Program-made: the position numbers and the translations under genes | In this document: one piece after another, positions 45,801 through 54,828 of the stretch | How the letters are laid out: each line of letters opens with the position of its first letter | Position numbering within the stretch: position 1 is the stretch's first letter | Virus record (IMG/VR): IMGVR_UViG_3300042554_001750 | Reading direction: 5' to 3' (one strand) | Length of the DNA stretch: 64,000 bases | Source of the DNA: a virus | Taxonomy: Duplodnaviria; Caudoviricetes | The notes under the pieces: generated by a model | What the model was told of the DNA's origin: nothing | The model's database searches: none | The model's input: the letters and a program-made list of their open reading frames with translations, nothing else

Positions 45801-48544
45801 CTTGGGTCAGGTCTCCATGTGAAATCAAAACTATCTTTGTCTATAGGTATAAGAATATTATATCTATCATATTCGGGTAGAACGTCAGTATTGCCCATGT
45901 ACTTAATTTCTGTGGCGCCATCACAATGATATTCAATTGTAGATTTTAGTTCACCGGGTATCCACTTGTTACCCCACACATAGATGTATGCTGGCTCTCT
46001 TGGGTCTGGCCGCCAAGTAAAGTCAAAGTTTGTTACCTTTTGTACTTCCTTCCATCTATCATATTCGGGCAATATATCAACAGGTTCTTGAATATATTTG
46101 TACTCAGTAGCCCCTTCCATGTGATATTCTAATGTGGATTTAAGTTCAGGTCTTATCCACTTGTTGCCCCAGACATAGATATATGCAGGTTCTCTTGGAT
46201 CTGGTCTCCAACTTAAATCAAATTTTGCTTTATCAATTGGTTGAATTTCTTTCCACTTAGACAGTTCAGGTAACACTTCAATATCACCCATATACTTTCT
46301 TTCAGTGGCATTTGGCGCTTTATATTCTAAAGTAGGTTTCAATTCAGCCTTGATCCATTTATTTCCCCATGTGTAAATATACGCAGGCTCTCTTGGATCT
46401 GGTCTCCAAGCAAAATCAAATTTAGATTTATCTATTTGCTGATGTTCAACCCAACGGTCATGTTCGGGCAATACTTCAACATTTCCCATATATTTGTATT
46501 CAGTTGCACCGGGGGTGTGATATTCAACAGTAGGTCGTAATTCTCCCGGTATATATTTGTTACCCCATACGTAAATATACGGGGGACTAGTAGGATTGGG
46601 TCTCCAACTAAAGTCAAATTTTTCTTTGTCAATTTGTTGATGTATTTCCCACTTATCTAGCTCGGGTAATACTTCAACATTGCCCATATACTTGCGTTCA
46701 GTTGCTCCATCTACATAATATTCAAGTGTTGGGTGAACCTCAGCCGGCACGTGCTTATTACCCCATGTGTAAATGTAAGCAGGTTCTCTTGGATCTGGTA
46801 TCCAAGTAAAATCAAAATTTTGTATGGATGCATGTATTTTATAGTTGTCCCAATTTGGTAATACTGGAACCTCTCCCATGTATTTTCTATCTGTCGCACC
46901 GGGCACAACATATTCAAGCGTAGGTTTTAATTCAGCAGAAACATACTTATTCCCCCAAGTATAGATATATGCTGGTTCTCTTGGATCGGGGCGCCATGCC
47001 ATGTCAAACTGTGTTTTATCAACTGGAATGTGCATTATCCATTTTTCAAGTTCCGGGACAACATCAACATCTCCCATGTACTTTCTTTCTGTAGCACCTT
47101 CTACATAATATTCTATTGTAGGCTGTATTTCCCCGGGTATATATTTGTTACCCCAAACATAGACATAAGCGGGTTCACGAGGATCTGGTCTCCAGGCTAG
47201 ATCAAAATTAGTTACTAAATGATGTATTTTCCATTTGTCTGTTTCCGGGAGAACCTCAACATCTCCCATGTACTTTCGTTCAGTAGCCCCGGGGGTGTGA
47301 TATTCTAGGGTTGGTTTTATTTCTCCAGGTATATATTTATTACCCCAGACATAAACATAAGCAGGTTCTCTTGGGTCAGGTCGCCATGTCAAATCAAAGG
47401 TGTTCTTTTGATATACGATCCATTTATTATATTCAGGCACAACCTCAACATCTCCCATGTACTTTCGTTCAGTAGCGCCAGGAGTGTGGTATTCTAGAGT
47501 TGGTGATATTTCAGCAGATACAAACTTATTCCCCCAAGTATAGATATATGCTGGTTCTCTTGGATCAGGCCTCCAAGTAAAGTCAAAATTTTTAACTTCA
47601 CTGTATATTTTCCATAACTCAGTTTGGGGCAAGACCGGGGCAGGATCATTCATGTATTTTTTATCTATTGCACCATCTACATGATATTCAATGGTTGAAT
47701 GAAGTTCAGCGGGAACCCACTTATTACCCCATACATAAATGTATGCAGGACTCGTTGGATCAGGTATCCAACTAAAGTCAAATAAATCTAGATTTATTGG
47801 ATCATTGATTACCCACTTGTCATATTTGGGAATCAATCTAACCGTGTCTGACATATATTTTTTTTCTGTCGCACCGGGTGCACGGTACTCTACTGTAGGA
47901 GATATCGCCCCGGAAACCCATTTGTTACCCCATACATAGATATAAGGAGGTTCATGCTCGTCTGGCATCCAAGTAAAGTCAAACAGTTTCTCATCTATTG
48001 GTTTATGAATCACCCAATTATCCCAATCAGGGACTGCTGTTGCTAATTGCGTGTCCACAAATTTAATAACGGTTGCGCCGGGTACAATATATCTAGGTCC
48101 ACCTGTTTTGCGCCACTGAGAACTAAACTGATAGATAAAAGGAGGATCAGTTGTATCAGGATGCCAGCTAAAATCAAACAACTTTTCATCTATAGGATAT
48201 GGAATTACCCAGTTATCAGATTTTAATTTTGTTCTTTTAACACAATCAACATCATTTCTATAAATGATACAGGGATTTTGATTGTCTGTATTAACTAACC
48301 AAGTCCCGCTATCTTTCTGATGCTGGCTGGGCCAAACATTGATATGATCTTCTGCCCACACATCTTCGTCAGGTAGAAAATCAAAATCAAAATCCCAATC
48401 AAAATTGCGATAATCACTAAACTCGTTGATTATCCAAAAATGTTCTGTAGTAGATTGGTTTCTAGCATCTGCTAAATCTTTAGCAAACTTTTCTCTAGGA
48501 TGGACGTTTGGTTTTTTACCGTAATAAAATACATCTCTCAGCAT
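42887..48544 (-). CDS. 1885-aa protein with ~17 tandem ~58-aa repeats and several degenerate glycosyltransferase-like domains
   Basis: Repeat consensus FDFxWRPDPREPAYIYVWGNK...PTLEY..PGATERKYMG; C-terminal LDIVFLSNGE..A..NY...RVDGV.G...Y.AAA domain. Confidence 0.75.
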   Translation of the reverse strand: MLRDVFYYGKKPNVHPREKFAKDLADARNQSTTEHFWIINEFSDYRNFDWDFDFDFLPDEDVWAEDHINVWPSQHQKDSGTWLVNTDNQNPCIIYRNDVDCVKRTKLKSDNWVIPYPIDEKLFDFSWHPDTTDPPFIYQFSSQWRKTGGPRYIVPGATVIKFVDTQLATAVPDWDNWVIHKPIDEKLFDFTWMPDEHEPPYIYVWGNKWVSGAISPTVEYRAPGATEKKYMSDTVRLIPKYDKWVINDPINLDLFDFSWIPDPTSPAYIYVWGNKWVPAELHSTIEYHVDGAIDKKYMNDPAPVLPQTELWKIYSEVKNFDFTWRPDPREPAYIYTWGNKFVSAEISPTLEYHTPGATERKYMGDVEVVPEYNKWIVYQKNTFDLTWRPDPREPAYVYVWGNKYIPGEIKPTLEYHTPGATERKYMGDVEVLPETDKWKIHHLVTNFDLAWRPDPREPAYVYVWGNKYIPGEIQPTIEYYVEGATERKYMGDVDVVPELEKWIMHIPVDKTQFDMAWRPDPREPAYIYTWGNKYVSAELKPTLEYVVPGATDRKYMGEVPVLPNWDNYKIHASIQNFDFTWIPDPREPAYIYTWGNKHVPAEVHPTLEYYVDGATERKYMGNVEVLPELDKWEIHQQIDKEKFDFSWRPNPTSPPYIYVWGNKYIPGELRPTVEYHTPGATEYKYMGNVEVLPEHDRWVEHQQIDKSKFDFAWRPDPREPAYIYTWGNKWIKAELKPTLEYKAPNATERKYMGDIEVLPELSKWKEIQPIDKAKFDLSWRPDPREPAYIYVWGNKWIRPELKSTLEYHMEGATEYKYIQEPVDILPEYDRWKEVQKVTNFDFTWRPDPREPAYIYVWGNKWIPGELKSTIEYHCDGATEIKYMGNTDVLPEYDRYNILIPIDKDSFDFTWRPDPREPAYIYVWGNQSNNAETEPTIEYHCEGASERKYMNDRFAKTLPDMDNWSVLIPVEDFDFSWRPEPGSPPYIYVFGNQWHDAMTEPTVLYTVHGATDKKYITNIIAKVSKTQQYWKTLIDIESFDYSWRPNPHSPPYIYVFGNQWNDALQEPTVEYHCPGATEYTYIDNIKALVKSTATENHWKKLLPIESFDFSWRPDPKSPPYIYVFGNKWNDASTEPTVEYHVEGATDKKYMLEPVAVPAAQLNLWSVNNTDDLETFDFTWRPNPHSPPQIYQWANNGPRYTVPGATEVVLMERSNESKKTTVNKYYITTTLEDLINQHPEEVFWALNPDLNYDKFDFSWRPTEQNFRHINVFGNEYSKNTQTYYINAPLYLLGYKEYNYVEEHQVQTDTNLSMFFIDKGNLESNIRFNKLKELYPKLQKTRFFNNWVETIARCIRKTETKLFWVLNSELDYSDFTFDFYPSPWQIKMIHVFGTQWNHWGNTYVINSETFLEDTKYVKVIEHLNTINLVKSKRAKATDCLYDVYLIDHGNYESVDIIYDITEKIGNRKLHTIDFVDTYHKTFEKILNLLEDKKDQFIWVCNSICHYDKFDFSYICDPFAQEQLHVFPSDRQKYGDTFLVNVELLRKFINDISSLENYPSINFNEHQSVTRINPPEFITSDSHVGSIDKNFKFPYAVFKTNDHRNINIKDEKPISLWSESSKTILVTTTGGTRIIVPKDAIKYVKEELYDYPYIKKSYKPLQSNPLDIVFLSNGESNAEENYEHLLKVTKGKKNKVVRVDGVNGRVNAYHAAANVSTTPWFFTVFAKLKVDDNFDWNWQPDRLQKSKHYIFHATNPVNGLVYGHQAMIAYNKIMTLNNTGKGLDFTLDDNHEVVEINSGTAMFNTDPYSTWRTAFREVIKLCNDEQDYMSQTRLHTWLAKAEGDFSEYALMGANDAYEYYENNKDDFAKLKLTYEWEWLNQYFTNKYKS

Positions 48545-48552
48545 TTTATTAC

Positions 48553-50037
48553 TTATGATATAACTTTTACATTATATAGTTTTTCAAAACGGTCGGCATC
48601 AAATCTATCATTGACCATTGGTTCGCCGCGTATATTCAATGAAGTGTTCAGTAATATAGGGCATTCGGTCATTACATACCACTTTTCTAGTAAGTCTCGT
48701 ATTCCTGATCCATCTTTCGGAACAGTTTGTACACGACTAGTCCCATCATAATGAACAATAGCAGGGAACTTGTTTGGAAATTTGCACTTTGCAATAACTT
48801 GCATGTATCTGCTGTTGTTCCAATTTTTAGGCATATCAAAATACTTATGCACATGCTCCTCTAGAATTATAGGGGCAAATGGTCTGAATTTCTGTCTGCG
48901 TTTGATTTCATTTACTTTGTCTTTAATTTCGTTCCCTCTAGGATCTGCTAACAAACTACGGTTGCCTAAGGCTCTTGGGCCAAACTCTGCTTTACCACTA
49001 GCCACACCAACAATACGATCGGTAAAAAGACAATCAAGTATACGGTTAGTAGGATAAGGACCAGGGATATTGTGGCCGAGAAAAGCACTAGTCCAATTAA
49101 GGTGCTTGCGATAACCAAGCGCAGCGGCTCCCAAACTAGAACCGCAATCACCAGGATTAGGCATAATCCATATTTGATCAAAATATTCTCCTAGTAGTCT
49201 GTTAGCAAGACAGTTTAGTGCAACACCGCCGCCATACACTAAATTGCGACTCGCGCCTTTTAGTCTGGCTTTTGACATTACTTCCCGCAATAATTGTTCT
49301 AAGAACACTTGACTAGAGCTTGCAATATCCATTGGATCTGCGTCTTTTAAAAACTCATCATCAGCGCCAATGTGCAGATTTTGTTTAAAGTCAATGGAAT
49401 GCATATTCTCTATAAATTCCGAATGCATCAAATCAGTATACTTGGGTTCTCCGTATGCAGCCATTCCCATAAGAATATATTCTTCATCCATTGGCTTTAA
49501 ACCAACTTTATGAGTCATGGCACTATAAAATAAACCTAAACTGTTTGGATATTGTTTGCTGTATAGTTTTATGTATTTTGCATTACCGTTATTATCGTAA
49601 TATGCATCCCATATTGTTATGGTATCAAATTCTCCAATAGCATCTATAATAACCACTGTAGCATCAGTAAAAGGACTAGTTTGAAAACTAGCTGCGGCAT
49701 GACTTAAATGATGATTATGTTTTTTAATACTTTTTTTGCCCAACATGTTATACATGTTGGGTCCTACTAATTCAGAATCAAACAAATTCAATAAAGAAGG
49801 TTTTTCTCCGGCACGGAGTTGTCTTAGTATCTTATAAAACGGTCTTTCGTAATAATGAAGTTCAAAATCACCAGTTGCATGATTCAACGCATCTTGAACA
49901 ATACTTGCACACAAATTTTTGTCGTGCTTGTGTTTGCTGTATCTTTCACTATGGCTGGCAAAAAGTATATCACCCGTTCCAGAGATGACAGTTAATCCGG
50001 CATCATGAAAACCGTTGCTTATACCTATATAGTTCAT
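48553..50037 (-). CDS. Carbamoyltransferase (NodU/CmcH family)
   Basis: FHDAG, HH.SHAA, DAIGE, GGVALNC, EFGPRALGNRS, FRPFAP, RVQT, NTSLN. Confidence 0.92.
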   Translation of the reverse strand: MNYIGISNGFHDAGLTVISGTGDILFASHSERYSKHKHDKNLCASIVQDALNHATGDFELHYYERPFYKILRQLRAGEKPSLLNLFDSELVGPNMYNMLGKKSIKKHNHHLSHAAASFQTSPFTDATVVIIDAIGEFDTITIWDAYYDNNGNAKYIKLYSKQYPNSLGLFYSAMTHKVGLKPMDEEYILMGMAAYGEPKYTDLMHSEFIENMHSIDFKQNLHIGADDEFLKDADPMDIASSSQVFLEQLLREVMSKARLKGASRNLVYGGGVALNCLANRLLGEYFDQIWIMPNPGDCGSSLGAAALGYRKHLNWTSAFLGHNIPGPYPTNRILDCLFTDRIVGVASGKAEFGPRALGNRSLLADPRGNEIKDKVNEIKRRQKFRPFAPIILEEHVHKYFDMPKNWNNSRYMQVIAKCKFPNKFPAIVHYDGTSRVQTVPKDGSGIRDLLEKWYVMTECPILLNTSLNIRGEPMVNDRFDADRFEKLYNVKVIS

Positions 50038-50156
50038 TTGTAAATAAACGGATCGCGCTTTTTAAGTTCTTTGATTTTTTTTCTGTAAGTAATTTCTCGG
50101 TGAACTTTATGATAGTAATTGAATACTAATTCTTTTAGCTTGTTGAATAAACTCAT
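50034..50156 (-). CDS. Unannotated 40-aa basic protein coupled to carbamoyltransferase
   Basis: MSLFNKLKELVFNYYHKVHREITYRKKIKELKKRDPFIYK*, ATGA overlap. Confidence 0.65.
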   Translation of the reverse strand: MSLFNKLKELVFNYYHKVHREITYRKKIKELKKRDPFIYK

Positions 50157-50166
50157 GGGATGAACC

Positions 50167-51249
50167 TCATAACAAATGATGGAAATTGTGATTGATCCGT
50201 TCGGATTTGTTATTTATCTTGTATAATTCAGCTAGGAAATCTTTAAACTGTGGGTGTGCAGGATCAAAGATTGAAATATTACTAATGTCTTTAATCGTAT
50301 ACGCACCGGTATTCCAATGTACTATTTGTCTATAATTGATACTAAAAGTAAACGATGCCTTTTCAAAAATTTCCAACATCAAATTATAAAAAATTTCCAT
50401 TTCTTTATAATTGTATTGAGAAACAACCATTGACAATGTTAGATGTTCAAGCGTAGTTTGTGTTCGTAAAAACTTTAAATTCTCAATTAGTGCATCCCAA
50501 TCACCATTCAATCTGGTAATATTTTCATAAGTATGTTTTGTGCCAGCGTCAATACTTATTTCCATTGTTTTAATAAAGGGCTTGGCTTTTAACTTATCCC
50601 ACATTTTTTCAGTCAACAATACACCATTGGTAATAATGTGTATTCTTTCAAGATTGGGATACTTACTAGCATCAAAATTTATAAGATAATCTCTGTATAA
50701 CTTGCTATAAAAGGGATCACCACTTCCCGTAATCATTATAACCTTAGCAGATTCACTAAATTCGTTATCTACTGCATCTAGTAAATATTTTTTTGTTTTA
50801 TGACTTTCAGATTCAAGGTCATCGTTAGGAACAAAATCTTTTCTGCATGAGGGACATTTTAAGTTGCAACTTCTATCAAATCCAAATAATATTTGTTCTG
50901 GAAATCCTGAATAATTTTCTAAATCATATGATTGTTGAAATTCTTCAATCGTTATAAAGTCCTTAGGCTTTACACCCGTGTTTACAAGTTGTGACAACTG
51001 AGGGCATACTTTATGGTCACAAAACTTATAAGTACCATCAGTTACTGACTCTCTAATATCTTTTACGGTCTGTGAAAACCAACTTTGTTTTAGTGTTTCG
51101 GTATCATTAAAGTTTGTGTTATTTTGTCTGATATTTGTAGGACACCAGCTGGGGCAACACACCCACTGAGTATCCTGCTGTATATCAATGTACTTAAAAG
51201 GATTTAAACAGACATACTTTTTAAGTATGTCTTTATTTTCTTGTTTCAT
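50167..51249 (-). CDS. Radical SAM protein with N-terminal SPASM/twitch-like Cys cluster
   Basis: CNLKCPSC; CLNPF...CC...C...C. Confidence 0.88.
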   Translation of the reverse strand: MKQENKDILKKYVCLNPFKYIDIQQDTQWVCCPSWCPTNIRQNNTNFNDTETLKQSWFSQTVKDIRESVTDGTYKFCDHKVCPQLSQLVNTGVKPKDFITIEEFQQSYDLENYSGFPEQILFGFDRSCNLKCPSCRKDFVPNDDLESESHKTKKYLLDAVDNEFSESAKVIMITGSGDPFYSKLYRDYLINFDASKYPNLERIHIITNGVLLTEKMWDKLKAKPFIKTMEISIDAGTKHTYENITRLNGDWDALIENLKFLRTQTTLEHLTLSMVVSQYNYKEMEIFYNLMLEIFEKASFTFSINYRQIVHWNTGAYTIKDISNISIFDPAHPQFKDFLAELYKINNKSERINHNFHHLL

Positions 51250-52105
51250 AATGGAAGGGATCTCTTGCCTGTAACTCAGCCATCATTTGTTTGAAATTTT
51301 CTTCGGAGGTCTGATCTATTGTAGGACTATTTTCAAGATTTTGATCAAGCCAATCTTTCAACATTTTAGCATATTCTTGATGAGCAAAATAACCTGGATG
51401 AGGATCATCAGAATATCCCTTAATTTCATCACAAACAAATTTATTATTATCTCTTGAATATGCCAATATATTACTATAAAATAAATCGTTTTTATTGAAA
51501 AACTTATCATAAAATTTATACATATAACCGTGCATAAGTTTTATTGCAATATTGTTAGATTTACAAAACAAGTATAATCCAATCATGTCCCGGCTTATTT
51601 TTTTCCAAAACTCAAAAGTGTTATGAAATTTTTCAAAGTAGTGTTTAAAATCTTCTTGGACATCATCTACGCCTTCTGGGCGAGGATTATAGCAAGGAGT
51701 AGCGTATGCAAATTTTTGTGTGCTTAATTCTGAATTACAAATAAAGTATTTGCCCCAGTCATTGTAATACAGTTCACTTCTTCCGGGATCGGGCATTTCT
51801 AAAAACAAAAATAATCTATGACGATTATCCCAGTTTTTTTCCAAAAATTCATAAGTCATTCTTATGACTCTATCCAATCCTCCCCCACACTCGGCTTCAT
51901 TGACACATTGTATGTTAATCAGTTTAGATAGCATGGCTCCATAATTTGCTTCAGTGCGTGTATCACTCCAAGATACATTATACAAGGTTTTGTAGCCCTC
52001 TAAACATTTTTCATTCCATGGTGCGATAGTGGTATCTTCTAATCCGCCCCCCATAGTATATGAGCTACCATTGATGTAAAATAAGTCGTAACCTTTATAA
52101 CTCAT
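51233..52105 (-). CDS. SGNH/GDSL-like hypothetical protein
   Basis: NGSSYT block I, DPHPG block V. Confidence 0.55.
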   Translation of the reverse strand: MSYKGYDLFYINGSSYTMGGGLEDTTIAPWNEKCLEGYKTLYNVSWSDTRTEANYGAMLSKLINIQCVNEAECGGGLDRVIRMTYEFLEKNWDNRHRLFLFLEMPDPGRSELYYNDWGKYFICNSELSTQKFAYATPCYNPRPEGVDDVQEDFKHYFEKFHNTFEFWKKISRDMIGLYLFCKSNNIAIKLMHGYMYKFYDKFFNKNDLFYSNILAYSRDNNKFVCDEIKGYSDDPHPGYFAHQEYAKMLKDWLDQNLENSPTIDQTSEENFKQMMAELQARDPFHYETRK

Positions 52106-52641
52106 GATGCATAATATAATTCAGGGTATTCTACTAATACATGCACTCCGCCGTTTTGATATGCCTCTAGATAAGATTTTTCAATCAAATTATATGAAGT
52201 CAAATCATAAAAAGAAATATTTTTACACATGTTTTTGAATTCATTAATATAATTACCCTTATGTTGATGACCCGGATCTAGTGGCTTATCTGACCCTTTA
52301 CCCAATCTAATTATTAAATTAATTTTATGGCCGGTCATAAGTTCGTATTTGTCTACATGATTAATCAATTGATTGGCTGCACAAATAATAAAATCCCATC
52401 TTGGATAAAAAGTAATAACAGTTTTGCCTGTCATTGCAATGCCCAAACTCATTCCCATTTGAGTTTCTTCCATTACGGGAAGCTCTATCATTTTTTCTTT
52501 TGGCACATTATTAAGTGTTGTGCTCATTGGATTGCCAGCGTACAATATCTGCTGTCCAATAAAAATTGTATCCCCCTTGGTGCCCAATTCTGTCATTACT
52601 GACGACAATGCATCTTTATATACAGAATTATTGTCGCTCAT
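52102..52641 (-). CDS. TPP-enzyme beta-type subunit (PDH E1-beta/transketolase pyrimidine-binding domain only)
   Basis: ELPVMEETQMGMSLG.A, DF...A.NQL.N, GHQH. Confidence 0.8.
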   Translation of the reverse strand: MSDNNSVYKDALSSVMTELGTKGDTIFIGQQILYAGNPMSTTLNNVPKEKMIELPVMEETQMGMSLGIAMTGKTVITFYPRWDFIICAANQLINHVDKYELMTGHKINLIIRLGKGSDKPLDPGHQHKGNYINEFKNMCKNISFYDLTSYNLIEKSYLEAYQNGGVHVLVEYPELYYAS

Positions 52642-53470
52642 ATTGATCCAACTTTTCTATGATGTTTTTTGCCATTACTTGATGACATTCTAATGAAGGA
52701 TGATGATCTTTGGGAGGATCTTCAAAGAAAACGGTATCTCCATTAATAACCAAATTCCTATTTTCTTTCATCATCGTTTCCATACAATCGTATTTTTGAT
52801 TGTTATAGTTTATTTCCATAAATCTTTTGTTCAACCATTCATCTTGCTTGATATACTGTACAAAGTCTACAGGCCAAGAATAAATTATAGTTTTTATTCC
52901 CTTGCTTTCAAAATGCATTAAAAACTTTTTTACTTTCATCAAACTGTGTTGGATATATCTTGCTGATAACTCATCAAAGGTGTAATTTTTATCTCTAATG
53001 TATTTAAAAAAGTTTATAGACTCAACCGACCCGTCGTTCAATAAGTCTTGCCAAGAAAATGTAAAGTTATGTCCATCTTCTATAACTTGTTTTTTATCCC
53101 GAGTCCAGTATGTTAGTTGGTACACAAGGTATTTTACCTCATTGTATCCGTAACAGTTACGGTCAGCCATTGGTTTTTCACCCTGAAATAATTCATAAAA
53201 ATAGCCCATAATTGAATCATTTGATCCGCCGTTATTTTTCTGAACTATTTCAAATGTATTAAAATGATTCGCAACTAATCTCGCGCCTCGCACAGAATCT
53301 TTGAAATTAAATTGTGCTTGAGTTAACAATGACTCATTGTATGCATCCGGTGCAGGTTCATCTAATGTAGGTAAGTTACTGTAATAATATAGTCCTTGAC
53401 CCCAAGTAAATGAACAGCCAGCAAATGCTATCCCTTTCCTAATATTAGTATTTGGTTTTACTTTAAACAT
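52628..53470 (-). CDS. SGNH/GDSL-like hypothetical protein
   Basis: AGCSFTWGQG, GGSN, DHHPS. Confidence 0.55.
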   Translation of the reverse strand: MFKVKPNTNIRKGIAFAGCSFTWGQGLYYYSNLPTLDEPAPDAYNESLLTQAQFNFKDSVRGARLVANHFNTFEIVQKNNGGSNDSIMGYFYELFQGEKPMADRNCYGYNEVKYLVYQLTYWTRDKKQVIEDGHNFTFSWQDLLNDGSVESINFFKYIRDKNYTFDELSARYIQHSLMKVKKFLMHFESKGIKTIIYSWPVDFVQYIKQDEWLNKRFMEINYNNQKYDCMETMMKENRNLVINGDTVFFEDPPKDHHPSLECHQVMAKNIIEKLDQYERQ

Positions 53471-53888
53471 TTTGATCTCGTTGACTCCAACTGATTTCCC
53501 AGTCTTTAAATTCGGCTGCTAAACAATCTACTTTGTAATCTTTTCTGCCACCAATCGCTTCTTGAATTACATTTTTAGCTGTATTTCGTATACCATTTAA
53601 TCCATGAGTTAACTCTAGATTATTACCATCTTTAATTCCACGCCGATAATTACTTTCATTATGCCAAATATGCAAGTTCATTTGAGACACAACAACTACT
53701 GCTCGTATTGTTTCAGCAGTAATTACACCATTATTCTCATCTAAAATCATTTGTATATCGTGTACAATATCTGCAATTTCTTGAGAATATGCTTCTTTAT
53801 GTTCGGGTATAAACACTTCTTTAAGTTGAACAATACTTAAACGGTCAATTAAATCACCAAGTGAATGTAGATATCGGCGCTGTTTCAT
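53463..53888 (-). CDS. Hypothetical protein (DUF6165-like helical)
   Basis: SLGDLIDRLSIVQLK, N..IW..E, N..R. Confidence 0.55.
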   Translation of the reverse strand: MKQRRYLHSLGDLIDRLSIVQLKEVFIPEHKEAYSQEIADIVHDIQMILDENNGVITAETIRAVVVVSQMNLHIWHNESNYRRGIKDGNNLELTHGLNGIRNTAKNVIQEAIGGRKDYKVDCLAAEFKDWEISWSQRDQNV

Positions 53889-54820
53889 AAGTTTGTAAAG
53901 TTTCTATTATTGTGATTTATCGTCATTTGATATGCACTAATTAATTGTTGGATTCCATAATCTAAACTAAAACTTGGTCTCCAACCCAAACTTTCTAGTT
54001 TTTGATTACTAACAATATAATTTCTCTTATCAAAATCTTCTTTGAACTCATCCTGCTTGATTACCAAAGACGGGACATGTTCTTTTATCTTATTTGCTAA
54101 TTCTAACTTGCTTAAGTTAGCATCAGACAACCCAACATTATATACATTATGGTTGCAAATATTATAATTGGATACCATGAACAAAAATGTTTGAGCTATG
54201 TCTTGCACATGTATATAATTTCTTTTGAAGTTTGCCTCAAACAATACTAGGTAACCATCTGTGACTGATTTATAAACAAAGTCATTGACCAATAAATCCT
54301 GTCTCATACGAGGGCTAACACCAAATACGGTAGCCAAACGCAATACAATACCATTACTTTTATCTAGCACATATTGTTCAGCATCGCACTTTGTCTGCGC
54401 ATATAGACTTAACGGCTTGAATGGGCTATCTTCAGTAATAATTGAATCGCTAGATCCATATTGACTGTTTGTATTGGGTATTATCAATTTCTGATCGTTA
54501 CTTAACCAATCCACGATGTTTTTGATTTGTTTATAATTAACATCAACCGTAAGCTCTGGATTGGATTTGCATGCAGGCATGCCAACAATCGCTGCTAACG
54601 GAATCACTATATCATGTGTAGTAACCAGTTCTTTTAGCAATTCGGTATTACGCACATCACCTTGAACAAACTTAAATTTTTCATGCTTGAATAGATGCAA
54701 CAAGCTAAGTTGCTTGTACATTAAGTTGTCCAAAACCGTAACTTCATACTGTTGCTGTAAAAAGTATTCGGCCATAGTAGAGCCCAAATAGCCGGCGCCG
54801 CCTGTAATTAAAACCTTCAT
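53885..54820 (-). CDS. NAD-dependent sugar epimerase/dehydratase
   Basis: ITGGAGYLGS, YAQTK, RLATVFG. Confidence 0.9.
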   Translation of the reverse strand: MKVLITGGAGYLGSTMAEYFLQQQYEVTVLDNLMYKQLSLLHLFKHEKFKFVQGDVRNTELLKELVTTHDIVIPLAAIVGMPACKSNPELTVDVNYKQIKNIVDWLSNDQKLIIPNTNSQYGSSDSIITEDSPFKPLSLYAQTKCDAEQYVLDKSNGIVLRLATVFGVSPRMRQDLLVNDFVYKSVTDGYLVLFEANFKRNYIHVQDIAQTFLFMVSNYNICNHNVYNVGLSDANLSKLELANKIKEHVPSLVIKQDEFKEDFDKRNYIVSNQKLESLGWRPSFSLDYGIQQLISAYQMTINHNNRNFTNL

Positions 54821-54828
54821 AGCAGTAT

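Noticed and set aside
44900-48200. CRISPR array or DNA-level repeat element
   Set aside because: Repeats are ~175 nt, in-frame, degenerate at third positions and lack constant-repeat/unique-spacer structure
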